64,000 bases of DNA from a virus. Under the pieces are notes generated by a model that did no database searches, was not told where the DNA came from, and saw nothing but the letters and a program-made list of their open reading frames with translations. The stretch covers positions 30,860-94,859 of the IMG/VR virus record IMGVR_UViG_3300037755_000828, one strand, 5' to 3'. A program made the position numbers and the translations under genes. Below are positions 36,711 through 46,345 of the stretch, one piece after another; the first letter of the stretch is position 1, and each line of letters starts with the position of its first letter.

Positions 36711-36736
36711 GACAACACCCTGGATGCGGCTATTCC
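36711..36736 (-). promoter_or_regulatory. ECF-type promoter GGAAT-N18-GTC
   Basis: 29 nt to GTG 36702. Confidence 0.85.
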
Positions 36737-36947
36737 TGCGATCCGCTGGACGTGTCCTCCGCTGGTAGCTCGAGCTGTTTGCCATGGAGCTTCGGACGGA
36801 CAAATCGCTTGCGCCCTGGGCCCGTGCAACCCGGAGTCTCGTGTTCTGCTCGGGTCCATACCCGCCCAGCTGCATCGATTACGTGCGTCCACTCCTCGTC
36901 GTCGGCTCGGCATGTGACCCAGCCGGCCGATGGTCCGCGGCGCACTC

Positions 36948-38022
36948 TCAAGGCCGCGCCCCGAGCGAGAGCTGCTTGACGGCATTGGGCCCAATGACCT
37001 CGGTGCCGTCGCACGACCGCCCCATCTTCGTCGCGTTGACGGAGTACCTGCTCACGCAGCTGCCGTCGATCGATGTCACGCCGTAGTCGCTACACAGCGC
37101 CGCCTTGCGCTCCCCGTTGACGCGGCCGACGTGCACCCGCACGCCGAGGTCGAGCCCGAGCTGTGCCCATTGATCAACCGTCTTCCACTTCCAGTTCGGC
37201 GTGCCCTTGCCAGCGGTGCCGCCGACGAAGATCCCGAAGCCGTGCTCGAGCAGGACATCGCGGACGCGAGCGACGGTCATCCCGTCCTGCACAGCGAGCA
37301 GCCAGCTGACGTTTGCCGCGATGCCGCTCCGGTGCTTCGACCACCACGCCAGCGACCTCGCCAGCGAGGCCTCGCCAGCGCCAACGATGTCGGGCAACAC
37401 CGAGAACGTCGAGCCCGTCCCGAGCCGCTCGAGCAGCTGCATGAACGGTCGCTCTTGCCAGGCCTCGCAGGACACGTGGCAGGGCCACACGCCGTTGTCG
37501 AGCACGTAGGGCAAGCCCGGCACCGGCTCGGTGTACCCGCTCATGTCGTCGAGCTTGAAGCGCTTGAGTTCGCCGGGCTTGCTCACCACGCGCGCGCTGA
37601 CCGGGGAGAGCAGCGAGCCGAAGTCGTGCTTGTAGCAGGCGGCCACGCTGCGGGCGTTGGTCGGCCGGCACACGTAGAGCCGGAGCGGGGCGGAGCACGG
37701 GCGCAGGGACAGGCGGCGCGGGAGATGGGCCTCGGTCAGCCGCTCGCCCTCGAAGCGGACCTCGAAGCCCAGGCGCACGAGCAGGCCCGCGCTGTGCTCG
37801 AGCCCGCCGGAGAACTCGGACGGCAGGAGCTCGCGACCCAGGACCCTGCGCGCCGCGGCACCGACCGCCGCCTTCGAGTCGAAGTGTGTCGCTCAGCGCC
37901 TCCGCGATGGTCATTGCTGGCCGCACCGTCTCGGGGTCGTAGCCGCAACCGTGGTGCCCAAGCGATCCGCAGCCAGGGCACCGCCGGTCGAGATCGAGCT
38001 GCAACTGCTCGCCGTCCGTCAT
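36948..38022 (-). CDS. TGT/DpdA-like TIM-barrel protein with N-terminal ScoMcrA-head-like segment; apparent frame break near 37890
   Basis: LDNGVW, LPDIVG, LAVQDG, IFVGG, VHVGRVN, SIDGS; frame open upstream of 37778 as HFDSKAAVG...FSGGLEH. Confidence 0.7.
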
Positions 38023-39098
38023 TGCGCATACCCGGCTTCCTTGCACAGCGCGACCATCTTGGTCGCGGTGATCCCCAGCCGCGCGTGCATCTCCTTGACG
38101 AACCAGGTGTGCACCTTCGCTGCTCGCTGCTCGGGATAGCCAGCGATCCAAGCGTCCGCCCGCTCCCGAACTGCGACGAGCAGCGCCTCGCGGTGCTCGC
38201 CGGGCATCGCCTCCGGGTCCTCGCACCAGGCCGTGACGAGACCGTGCAGGCCGAAGTCGGAGATGGTCTCCGCAGCGCACTTCGGGCAGATTACCTCATC
38301 GTCTCCCGGTTCCCCGGCGTTGTGCGGGAGAGGAGCGACCCATTCGCCATGCCCACTAGCCCATCGGTCTGCGTGCGGTCGATAGAGCCCCGTCCGCTCG
38401 CCGTCGTCGACATCGTACGCGTCGACCACCATGAGGTCGCCCTTCTGCCGAACGAACTGCTCGTCGCAGAAGGAGCAGTGCTCGCCGTCATCGTCGGGCA
38501 CCCGCTCGCCTGTGCGCTCGTCGTGGAAGGTGTCGCCCTCGACACCGCCCGCGAACGGATCGGGCGTCGGACCATGCACGCGGCGATAGCCCATGGCGAG
38601 CAGGGCTGCGTCGGTGAGCGGCGTTTTCTCGAGGTCGGACCCCTTCATGCCGTGCTCCCACCCGTCGACGACCGTCACGCCCTCGGCGATCCAAATCCGG
38701 CCCGGGACCGAGGCAGGCTCCGCGTACGCGGAGACGGACGGCAACCCGTCGCTGCCGCCAGATTTGTGGTGATACAGCGTCGACTCGCGCTCAATCCAGT
38801 CGCAGTCGTGCTCGTCGATCGGCTTGCGCGTGACGATCTTGCGTTTCTTGCAAGTCGTGCATCGCTTCGGATTCGCACGCTCGACTGGCTGCCGCTTGTA
38901 GCAGCTCGTGCAGATGTCGAACTCCGGGTCGCGGGTCCAGACCGAGAACGGGATCCAAGCGCCGCAGCTCTCCAGGTGGTAGACGACGCAGATCGGCTCG
39001 GGTCCTGAGTGGGGTCCCGGCTCCCACGCTGAACCCCAGACGATCGAGCCGTCTGGGTTTTTCACGAATCCGCTAGCTGGGATGTCTTGTTTGCTCAT
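38019..39098 (-). CDS. Hypothetical protein with several CxxC motifs
   Basis: ATGA coupling at downstream end. Confidence 0.7.
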   Translation of the reverse strand: MSKQDIPASGFVKNPDGSIVWGSAWEPGPHSGPEPICVVYHLESCGAWIPFSVWTRDPEFDICTSCYKRQPVERANPKRCTTCKKRKIVTRKPIDEHDCDWIERESTLYHHKSGGSDGLPSVSAYAEPASVPGRIWIAEGVTVVDGWEHGMKGSDLEKTPLTDAALLAMGYRRVHGPTPDPFAGGVEGDTFHDERTGERVPDDDGEHCSFCDEQFVRQKGDLMVVDAYDVDDGERTGLYRPHADRWASGHGEWVAPLPHNAGEPGDDEVICPKCAAETISDFGLHGLVTAWCEDPEAMPGEHREALLVAVRERADAWIAGYPEQRAAKVHTWFVKEMHARLGITATKMVALCKEAGYAQ

Positions 39099-39123
39099 TT
39101 GTCGCCAATGCCGTTGAGGTATT

Positions 39124-39420
39124 TCATGCGCGCCAAGACTCGCCAGTGGTCGGGTACGGCTGCTCGAGCCAGTAGCGCCCGCCCGTCTCGTCGACCAGGA
39201 GGAATAGCCTGTCGGACCAAATCGACACGCTCGCGCGCCAGATCGAGCCATCCGAATCGAGCAGATCGTAGACCCAATATTGGCCGACCAGGTCGACCAG
39301 GTCGGCTAGAACGAAGATGGCATCGCGCGTCCCCTCGCAGCGACGTCCGTGCATGGTTGGATTCATGCGAACTCGCACCGGCTGCTCTGGGGTAGGGACC
39401 TCGACGACTCGTGTGGACAC
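39124..39420 (-). CDS. Hypothetical protein
   Basis: In-frame GTG 29 nt from ECF -35. Confidence 0.65.
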   Translation of the reverse strand: MSTRVVEVPTPEQPVRVRMNPTMHGRRCEGTRDAIFVLADLVDLVGQYWVYDLLDSDGSIWRASVSIWSDRLFLLVDETGGRYWLEQPYPTTGESWRA

Positions 39421-39428
39421 GCCGCCCG

Positions 39429-39454
39429 GACCGCGACGCGGCGACACCTATTCC
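39429..39454 (-). promoter_or_regulatory. ECF-type promoter GGAAT-N18-GTC
   Basis: 29 nt to GTG 39420. Confidence 0.8.
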
Positions 39455-39461
39455 CCGGTCG

Positions 39462-39845
39462 CTATCCGCCGAACAATTCGAGCTGCTCGTGGGCTCGGGG
39501 CCGAAGCTCGACAAGTCGCGCAGACACGCCATCGAGAGCGACGTCTCGATCACCACCAGGGAACCACTCCTCTGGGTGTCGATCCCAGTACCCGGCTGAC
39601 GCGGGCTTGAACATCTTGATCTCGAGTCGCCGGCCCGCGTGCCCGAGCACCATGATCTCGGTCTCGCGTTCGAGCGATTGCGGCCGCTCGAGCACAACGG
39701 CTTCGAGCACGCGGGCGAGCGTGGCGACGACGACCCGCGACCCAGGCTCCGCCGAATGCCAGATCATCCAGTTGATTCGCCGCGATTCCCTCGTGTCGAC
39801 TGCATAGAACAGGTCGCGCGCGCGTTCGCTGGGCAAGCCGTTCAC
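39462..39845 (-). CDS. Hypothetical protein ending in QLELF
   Basis: GTGA overlap with MTase stop. Confidence 0.6.
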   Translation of the reverse strand: MNGLPSERARDLFYAVDTRESRRINWMIWHSAEPGSRVVVATLARVLEAVVLERPQSLERETEIMVLGHAGRRLEIKMFKPASAGYWDRHPEEWFPGGDRDVALDGVSARLVELRPRAHEQLELFGG

Positions 39846-41317
39846 TCCCCAGACGCCAGGATCCGCGTGAGCAGGGCCTCGACCTGCTCCTCGTTGCGGC
39901 GCCCGGCCTGCTCGATGTACGGCAGTCGCGGCATCGGCAGCGCGCGGAGCTCCGTCGCCGACACCTGGGTGGTCCCGCTGATCATGCGGATGTACTGGTC
40001 GTAGAGCTGCGAGTTGAGGATCGCCGCGAGCCCGCGGGCCTCGCCTACGCCGATGCCCTCCGGCTGCAGCTGGTCGCCGGTCCGGTGGATGTAGTTCAGG
40101 TGGTTCTCGAGCCCGATGCTCTTGTAGTCCCAGTCCTTGGCGATCAGCGGCGCGGCCGTGATCCGGCGCGCGTCCTCCTTCGCCGATACCCTCCGCACGA
40201 GCACGTAGTTCTTCAGCGGCGTCAGGTTGAGCGAAGGTGTGCGCACGCGCTCGGGCTTGCGGAAGCCGTCGACCGGCCAGGTCACCGCCCCGCGCTTGAC
40301 GTGCTGCATCCACAGGAGCGGGACCCCGGGCCCAGTCTCGTTGACGCCCGCGAGCTCGGCGGTGCAGCGGAACGGCACGACCGGCCCCGTGCTCACCTTG
40401 AGCCCGAGGCTGGCGATCGTCGAGTCGAACCGGCAGATCTTCCGCCCGGCCTCGAACTGTTCGAAAGTGCTCGGCAGCGCGAGCGCCCCGTTGATGTTCA
40501 AGTCCTTGCGCTCGACCACGAAAGCCGCGTCGCCATACCCGAGCCTCGACTCCGGGTAGCCCGAGGGCAGATCATCGAGCCCGGCCGACGACGAGATCAC
40601 CACCGCATCCTCGGCGGTGGCGCGGCGCTTCTCGTACACGACCACGATGCTCTCCTGCAGCACGTCGTCTCGACCAAAGGCCATCCGCCGCGAGTCGAAG
40701 GTGTGCACCGAGTCGAGCTGCATCATCTCGTGGAACTGCTCCCGGAATCGCCGGAAGTACCAGCCGGACAAGTAGCTGCGCGGGACCACGAAGCACAGCC
40801 GCCCGCCCTCGCGCAGCAGCCCGGCCGCCACGGTCATGAACCGCGCGTAGATGTTGGGCGCGTCGCCGCTGCGCCTGTCCTTGGGCGAGAGCTTGAAGTA
40901 CGGCGGGTTCGCGATCGCGATGTCGAACGGCTCGCTGCCGAAGCACAGCTTCGAGAGGAAGTCGCCGCCCATCCACTGGGTGTCGATCCGCTTGCCGAAC
41001 CTGGCCTTGGCGCTGGCGAGCGAGTCGGTCAGCTGCGAGCAGGCGTCGCGCTCGTGCTCGACGCTCACGAGTTCGACGCGCGCGACCTTGCGCCGCTCGA
41101 GCAGCTCATCCGCCAGCCCGAGCCCGAGCGAACCGGTGCCGGCGCCGGGGTCCAGGATCCGCACGCAGCGATCCACGGGCCCCGCTGCTGCGGCCTGCGC
41201 CATGAATGCGACGAGTTTCGCGGGCGTGAAGTACTGCCCCCACTGCTTGCGATGCTCGGGGCTGATCGACTGCCGGAGCCTCTCGCCGCGCTCGAGCGAG
41301 GCTCCGAGATCGGTCAT
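39842..41317 (-). CDS. Orphan N6-adenine DNA methyltransferase (Eco57I/PstI/BsuBI-like)
   Basis: GQYFTP, ILDPGAGTG, IANPPY, VSTGPVV, ENHLN, GTTQVSATEL. Confidence 0.92.
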   Translation of the reverse strand: MTDLGASLERGERLRQSISPEHRKQWGQYFTPAKLVAFMAQAAAAGPVDRCVRILDPGAGTGSLGLGLADELLERRKVARVELVSVEHERDACSQLTDSLASAKARFGKRIDTQWMGGDFLSKLCFGSEPFDIAIANPPYFKLSPKDRRSGDAPNIYARFMTVAAGLLREGGRLCFVVPRSYLSGWYFRRFREQFHEMMQLDSVHTFDSRRMAFGRDDVLQESIVVVYEKRRATAEDAVVISSSAGLDDLPSGYPESRLGYGDAAFVVERKDLNINGALALPSTFEQFEAGRKICRFDSTIASLGLKVSTGPVVPFRCTAELAGVNETGPGVPLLWMQHVKRGAVTWPVDGFRKPERVRTPSLNLTPLKNYVLVRRVSAKEDARRITAAPLIAKDWDYKSIGLENHLNYIHRTGDQLQPEGIGVGEARGLAAILNSQLYDQYIRMISGTTQVSATELRALPMPRLPYIEQAGRRNEEQVEALLTRILASGE

Positions 41318-41508
41318 GAACCTGACCCCGACTTGATGTTCCGTTCGGCGGTCCTGTAGCCACGAGACCACTCACGGTGCTCAGTGGTGCCGCGCGTATA
41401 AGGGTTCGATTTCACCGACCTAGCAGCCTGCTGAGCAGCTCGGCCTTCCCGAAAAGCCTCGGGACTTCGATCGCGGCGTCGATGTGGATTTTGTGGACCG
41501 TTGCCCAT
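41314..41508 (-). CDS. Ribosome modulation factor (Rmf/CrpP-fold)-like protein
   Basis: RRRDRSPEAFREGRAA...NPY...REWSRGYR parallels RMF RDR..A..G..A...CPY...W..GWR. Confidence 0.65.
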   Translation of the reverse strand: MGNGPQNPHRRRDRSPEAFREGRAAQQAARSVKSNPYTRGTTEHREWSRGYRTAERNIKSGSGS

Positions 41509-41832
41509 CTACTCTGACAGCTCCTCTGCAGCCTCGCGCAGACCGTCGAGCACGCTCGCGGCGCGCAGCATCTCGGCGGCCGAGATGGCGCGCTCGCCCT
41601 CGTCGCTGTCCAGATCCGCGTCGTCGACCACGTCGGCCGCGTCTCGCAGGGCTTCAGGAAGCGAGGCAAGACCGATCACGACGCGACCCATGAACTCGAT
41701 GTCGAGGGCGCCCCAGTCGATGCAGGTGACGACGGTGGTGTAGGCGTCGCCAAGTGGACCGCCGAAGTTGGCGTTGGCGAGGGAGTTGAACATGGTGCGG
41801 ATCGGGTGGCGGATCGGGTGGTGGCTGGTCAT
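41509..41832 (-). CDS. Hypothetical protein
   Basis: ATG 29 nt from ECF -35. Confidence 0.65.
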   Translation of the reverse strand: MTSHHPIRHPIRTMFNSLANANFGGPLGDAYTTVVTCIDWGALDIEFMGRVVIGLASLPEALRDAADVVDDADLDSDEGERAISAAEMLRAASVLDGLREAAEELSE

Positions 41833-43547
41833 TCGACGTCTACCGCATCCGGCTCGCCTACATTCCCCCAAACGCTCCCGAGCGGCGGCTTGTCCGGGTT
41901 GTGCCCGCGCTTGCGCAGGTAGGCGGCCGCGAGCTTGCGCATCGCGTCGGGGTCCGTCTTGACCTCGAGCAGCCGCTCGCCCTTCGGATCAAGCACGCCG
42001 TCGGACTGCCAGCGCTTCACGCCAAGCGCGTCGAGGATCACCGGGTCGGAGCCCTCGTCGGCGAGCATCCAATATTCCATGGTCGGCGCGGCCTGGCCGT
42101 CGCGATGGATTCGCCCAGTCAGCTGCTGGTGCACGTGCGGGGACCAGTCGAGCTCGCCGTGCACCACCCGGTGGCAGACGTCCTGCAGCCCGTCGATCCC
42201 CTGACCCGAGCGCAGGCTCATGATCAACAGCTTGCTCTCGCCCGAGATCAGCGCCTGCGCAGCCGCGTCCTTTTCCTTGCTGCCCTCGTGCCCGGTGTAG
42301 AAGGCCGGCTTCCAGCGCGCGAGCTTCTGGCGCCAGATGTCGTAGACGTCGTGGTGCCAGCCGGACAGCAGCACCGGCTCGCCCGTGGTCTCGAGCAGCT
42401 CGTCGACGAAGGCCGCGACCGCGGGTGCCTTGGAGACGCCCGTCCAGCGACGCAGCTTGTAGTCGATCTCGCCGCGCGCCAGGAACCTGTCCTTGGGCGC
42501 GCCGTAGAGCGCCTGCCAAGCGAGGTCCTCGAGCTCGCCGCCGAGCCTCCCATCGAGCGGCACGTCGACCACGCTGCGGATGATCGGAGGAAGCTCGCGG
42601 CCGACGTCGACGCGGGAGCGCCGGAGCATCAATCCTTGCTCGCGCAGCCACGCTCCGAAGGCCACGGGATCCACGATGCGCAGCTTCTCGTCGGTGCCCG
42701 CACACCACTCGCGGGTGAACTCGGCCCGCTCCCCAAGCGCACCGGGACAGATCACGCCAAGCACGTTGTAGAACTCCCCGCCGTAGTTGAAGATCGGCGT
42801 CGCGCTCAGGGCCATGCAGCGCAGCGCCTTAGTGCGCAGCTCGAGCGCGCCGATGTACTTGCGCGTGCCGGCGTGGCGCAGCTCGTGGGCCTCATCGAAG
42901 ACAACCGCGCACGCCTCGAGTTCGGAGCCCCAAGCGGTGAGCCGCGAGTAGGCCATCACGATCACGTCCGCCCGCGCGCGCTTGGCCGCGCGGCGCTTGC
43001 TCTCCCCGCTCGGGCTGGACCGGACCACGTACACTTTCGCGCTCGGCAGGAACTCGGCGAGCTTGCGTTCCCACTGCTCGAGCACGTTGAGCGGGACCAC
43101 GACCACCGCCGGCAGGTTGCCCTTGCGCGCGAGCAGGGCGATCGCCGTCACGGTCTTGCCCAGCCCGAGCTCGTCGGCGCACAGGAGCCCGCCCATCGTG
43201 TCGCACAGCTCGGCCGCCAGGTCCTGGTAGTCGCGCGCGGGCTTGGCCATCGCCAGCTGCGGTCGCGCGTAGGTGCCGGTCAGGGCGAGTTGAATCCGCG
43301 CCAGCGCGTCGCGGTGAGCTTGAGCGAGCCGCTGCAGCTTGGCCGCAGTCTTCGGGCCCGCGTCCATCGGAAAGCGGCTGACGAACCACTCCAGCTCGGC
43401 GCTCACGGCCGGGGTCGCGCTCAGCCGCAGCCGCTTGCTGGCGACGTCGACGCGCGGAAACCAACGCTTGACCATGATCGAGACGTGCGGCGTCACGTCA
43501 TCGAGCACCCACGAGTTGCCCTCGTGGACCAGGCTGCCGTAGGTCAC
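41829..43547 (-). CDS. SNF2-family SF2 helicase
   Basis: LCADELGLGKT, FDEAH, LSATP, QLTGRIHRDGQ. Confidence 0.93.
   Translation of the reverse strand: MTYGSLVHEGNSWVLDDVTPHVSIMVKRWFPRVDVASKRLRLSATPAVSAELEWFVSRFPMDAGPKTAAKLQRLAQAHRDALARIQLALTGTYARPQLAMAKPARDYQDLAAELCDTMGGLLCADELGLGKTVTAIALLARKGNLPAVVVVPLNVLEQWERKLAEFLPSAKVYVVRSSPSGESKRRAAKRARADVIVMAYSRLTAWGSELEACAVVFDEAHELRHAGTRKYIGALELRTKALRCMALSATPIFNYGGEFYNVLGVICPGALGERAEFTREWCAGTDEKLRIVDPVAFGAWLREQGLMLRRSRVDVGRELPPIIRSVVDVPLDGRLGGELEDLAWQALYGAPKDRFLARGEIDYKLRRWTGVSKAPAVAAFVDELLETTGEPVLLSGWHHDVYDIWRQKLARWKPAFYTGHEGSKEKDAAAQALISGESKLLIMSLRSGQGIDGLQDVCHRVVHGELDWSPHVHQQLTGRIHRDGQAAPTMEYWMLADEGSDPVILDALGVKRWQSDGVLDPKGERLLEVKTDPDAMRKLAAAYLRKRGHNPDKPPLGSVWGNVGEPDAVDVE
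41841..41866 (-). promoter_or_regulatory. ECF-type promoter GGAAT-N18-GTA (drives rmf-like and MTase genes)
   Basis: 29 nt to ATG 41832. Confidence 0.75.
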
Positions 43548-43894
43548 AGACGCGGGAGGAACACCACGAACAGCGGCTTGCCGTTGATCTGCGCCGGAAT
43601 CGAGCGCTGCTTCGCCGACGCGGTCACCAACACCAGATCCTCGATCGCCGGATCCTCCGCGTACATCGTCAGCTGCCGTAGCACCCGCTCCGCCGTCCCC
43701 TGCACCTTGAGCTCGATCGCTGTCGAGCCCGCCCGCAGATCCACCCGGCCCCGCTTCAACGCGACCTCGGTCTCGGGGATCAGGTTCGCCCCCCGGAGGG
43801 CCGCTCGTACGTCCTCGACTAAGATAGACTCGGGCCCCGGGCGCGGGACGAGCTGGCTGAGAATCTCGAGAACGTCGGCGCTTCGGCTTGTCAT
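43544..43894 (-). CDS. PD-(D/E)XK nuclease-like protein
   Basis: EV....GRVDL.....IELK....RQL..YA. Confidence 0.75.
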   Translation of the reverse strand: MTSRSADVLEILSQLVPRPGPESILVEDVRAALRGANLIPETEVALKRGRVDLRAGSTAIELKVQGTAERVLRQLTMYAEDPAIEDLVLVTASAKQRSIPAQINGKPLFVVFLPRL

Positions 43895-45114
43895 TGGTCA
43901 CCCGATGGCTCCCCGCCGGGCGGCTCGACGGTACCACCGAGTGCGTCAGCAACGAGTTTGGTTGTTTTCTCGAACTCCGCGCGGAAGCCAACAAGCGGCG
44001 CGCCCAACTCGACCACAACATCCGACCCGACCCGACCGGCGCATTCTTCAATCTCTTCGAGTTTCACGCGGATCCGCAACAGGTCGGCGCGTGGGATGTT
44101 GTCGAGATCGGCGCGGACGATGTTGAATTCGCGGGCAATCTCGTTGGCCAGCAACCTGGTGATGTCGCCATCGCCCAGGCGCACGACGACCTCGCCGCTC
44201 GGCTCGGGCTGGACGAGCTGGGCGCGCCACTCGTCGGCTTGACGATCAGCTCGCGCGTGCGCGGCCGCCCGCTGTTCGGCGAGCTGGGCCCGCAGCTGCT
44301 CGACCTCGCGCTGGAGCAGCGCCGCCTCGAACTCTGGCTCTGGCTTGCGCGGCATGGTCGCGGCTACGGCGATCTCCGCGACGGTCCGGCGGAGCCCGTC
44401 GCGGTTGTCCGCGATCCCGCGAGCGCCGTAGCCCGCTCGTAGGATGACCTCGAGCATCGCGTTCGCACCCTCCATGCGGGCCCACTCGATCCGGTCGTCG
44501 TGGCCCTCGGGCTCGGGCTCGAGCAGGACCGCGAGCATCCGCTGGATCACGTCCTCGGCATCGCTGTCGGCAATGCTGTCGCTCGCCGCGATCGCGCGGG
44601 CGATCACACCCTTGTGAACTTCGAGCTGTTCGTCGCGATCTTCGAGGAGCGCGCGCGCCACTTCATCCGCGTGCTCGTAGGGGCACTCGTTCAGCGCTTC
44701 GCCGTCCCAGCCGAGCCGGCGAAGGACGAGATCAAGTTGTTCGCGGAGCACTTCGGCAATGGAGTCTTCGGCCATGGAACACGGCAACGCGACCGCCGCG
44801 TCGCTATTCCCGCGCAGCTCGAGCGCAAGCGCCTCCAATGCACGACCGACCGCCTTTGCGGTTTTGCCGTCCGGCCACCGATCGAGCTGATCCGAGACCG
44901 ACTGGCAGGCCGCCAGCACCGTGGTGTGGTGCCGCCCGACGAGCCGGCCGATCACAGGGAAGCTCAGGCGGGTCTGGGTGCGTATCAGGTAGAACGCGAC
45001 CAGGCGAGGCGCCGCAATGGTGCTGATCCGAGACCGGCCGAGGAGCGCATCGACGGTGATGTCGTTGGCGCGCGCGACCGCGGCGAGGATGTTCACCGGC
45101 TTGGTGTCGCTCAT
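43891..45114 (-). CDS. DnaA C-terminal (domain IV) HTH fused to a coiled-coil region
   Basis: LLGRSR...APRLVAFYLIR..TRLSFPVIGRLVGRHHTTVLAA. Confidence 0.85.
   Translation of the reverse strand: MSDTKPVNILAAVARANDITVDALLGRSRISTIAAPRLVAFYLIRTQTRLSFPVIGRLVGRHHTTVLAACQSVSDQLDRWPDGKTAKAVGRALEALALELRGNSDAAVALPCSMAEDSIAEVLREQLDLVLRRLGWDGEALNECPYEHADEVARALLEDRDEQLEVHKGVIARAIAASDSIADSDAEDVIQRMLAVLLEPEPEGHDDRIEWARMEGANAMLEVILRAGYGARGIADNRDGLRRTVAEIAVAATMPRKPEPEFEAALLQREVEQLRAQLAEQRAAAHARADRQADEWRAQLVQPEPSGEVVVRLGDGDITRLLANEIAREFNIVRADLDNIPRADLLRIRVKLEEIEECAGRVGSDVVVELGAPLVGFRAEFEKTTKLVADALGGTVEPPGGEPSGDQ
44786..44810 (-). promoter_or_regulatory. Intragenic ECF-type promoter GGAAT-N17-GTT
   Basis: 30 nt to in-frame ATG 44775. 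Confidence 0.7.
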
Positions 45115-46163
45115 AGCCAGTCCTGATCATCAGGCTCATCTCGCCCAGGGATGTTGATGCCGCAGTCCTCAAGCGAGAGCCACAGCCCGCGCATCGCCTT
45201 GTCGGCTTCTCGTAGGTTCTTGTCGAGCTCAAGCGCGATGACGTCCAGGTCCACGATCGGCTCCGGTTCATAGGCTGGCGGTGCTGCGGCTTGGATCGGC
45301 TCCGACGGCTCGGCGCCTTGGGTGATCGTGATCGTGCATGTCCTGACCCCGGTCCCGCTGGATGCGAAGGCCCCAGGCTGGTGATCGATGACCTTCGCTC
45401 CGATGCGGGAGAGCCAGCCCCGGAGCGCCTTGAGTCGCTTCTTTGAGCTGCTCTCCCATGTCCCGCGCGGCGCCACGCAGGCGAGCACGCCACCGGGCGC
45501 GAGCAGACTGAACGCTCGCCGCAGATGCGTCTCCCAGGCGACGGGATCGCCGTCGACCGAGAAAGGCGGGTTCATGATGATCACGTTGAACAGCTGCCCG
45601 CCGAAGTCGACGGCGAGGAAGTCCGCCTCGGCCACGACCGCACACGCGCCATCGAGCATCGCGGCGTTCAGGGGGTCGAGTTCGACCGCGGTGATCCGGG
45701 CTTGCGGCCAGCGAGCGTGTGCGGCAGCAACGAGGGCGCCAGACCCGGCCGAGGGCTCGAGGATGAACATGGGATCGGCCGCAACCTCAAGCCCTCGAAC
45801 GATCTCGGCGGCGAGCTCAGCCGGCGTCGGGAAGTAGGCGAGCGGGTTCTTGGCCGGCATCCGCCCGCTGGCGATCACGGTGTTGATCGCTGCCGTTGGA
45901 TCGTACGGAAACACGTGGCCCTTGCGCCGCTTCCACGCGCCGCGCAGTCGAGTGAGCACGTCGTTGAGTTCGTCGTAGACCGCGGGCTCGGCCTTGGGCA
46001 GCGGCCGCACGGTGTTGCTCTCGATAACCGCCGAGCGGAGCAGCGCGAGCACGGGCGGACTGACGCGCGGGCCCAGGTCGATGGGTGCTGGTTCGACCGC
46101 GGGCTGCGCGAGCTCGGGCATCTGCTGTTGGAACAGATCGACCTGCGCGCTCGCCTTGCTCAT
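45111..46163 (-). CDS. Orphan N6-adenine DNA methyltransferase
   Basis: YFPTP, ILEPSAGSG, IMNPPF. Confidence 0.9.
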   Translation of the reverse strand: MSKASAQVDLFQQQMPELAQPAVEPAPIDLGPRVSPPVLALLRSAVIESNTVRPLPKAEPAVYDELNDVLTRLRGAWKRRKGHVFPYDPTAAINTVIASGRMPAKNPLAYFPTPAELAAEIVRGLEVAADPMFILEPSAGSGALVAAAHARWPQARITAVELDPLNAAMLDGACAVVAEADFLAVDFGGQLFNVIIMNPPFSVDGDPVAWETHLRRAFSLLAPGGVLACVAPRGTWESSSKKRLKALRGWLSRIGAKVIDHQPGAFASSGTGVRTCTITITQGAEPSEPIQAAAPPAYEPEPIVDLDVIALELDKNLREADKAMRGLWLSLEDCGINIPGRDEPDDQDWL

Positions 46164-46336
46164 GGCTGACCACCGGTCCCCAGAAAACCGACGAGTGAGC
46201 CGACCAGGCCGAACGCGAAAATCAGCGCGACCCAGACATCGCCAACGTAGGCGGCCACGAACAGCGCCACCACACAGAGCATGCAGAGCACCGCGAAGAT
46301 CACGAGCAACGGTAAAGGCGGCGGCGATTCCAGCAT
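46160..46336 (-). CDS. Small two-TM membrane protein
   Basis: Two hydrophobic segments; ATG 30 nt from ECF -35. Confidence 0.65.
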   Translation of the reverse strand: MLESPPPLPLLVIFAVLCMLCVVALFVAAYVGDVWVALIFAFGLVGSLVGFLGTGGQP

Positions 46337-46345
46337 GGACCTGGC

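Noticed and set aside
39201-39207. Plus-strand GGAATAG and other GGAAT copies (about 247, 5275, 17877, 42078, 46639)
   Set aside because: No GT(C/T/A) at N17-18; they serve as negative controls
39462-41317. Complete type II restriction-modification system
   Set aside because: Neighbouring genes show no recognisable endonuclease motifs
36930-44126. Long plus-strand ORFs (36930-39008, 40085-41359, 41901-44126; also 14002-15759)
   Set aside because: Antisense shadows of real high-GC genes, with no motifs
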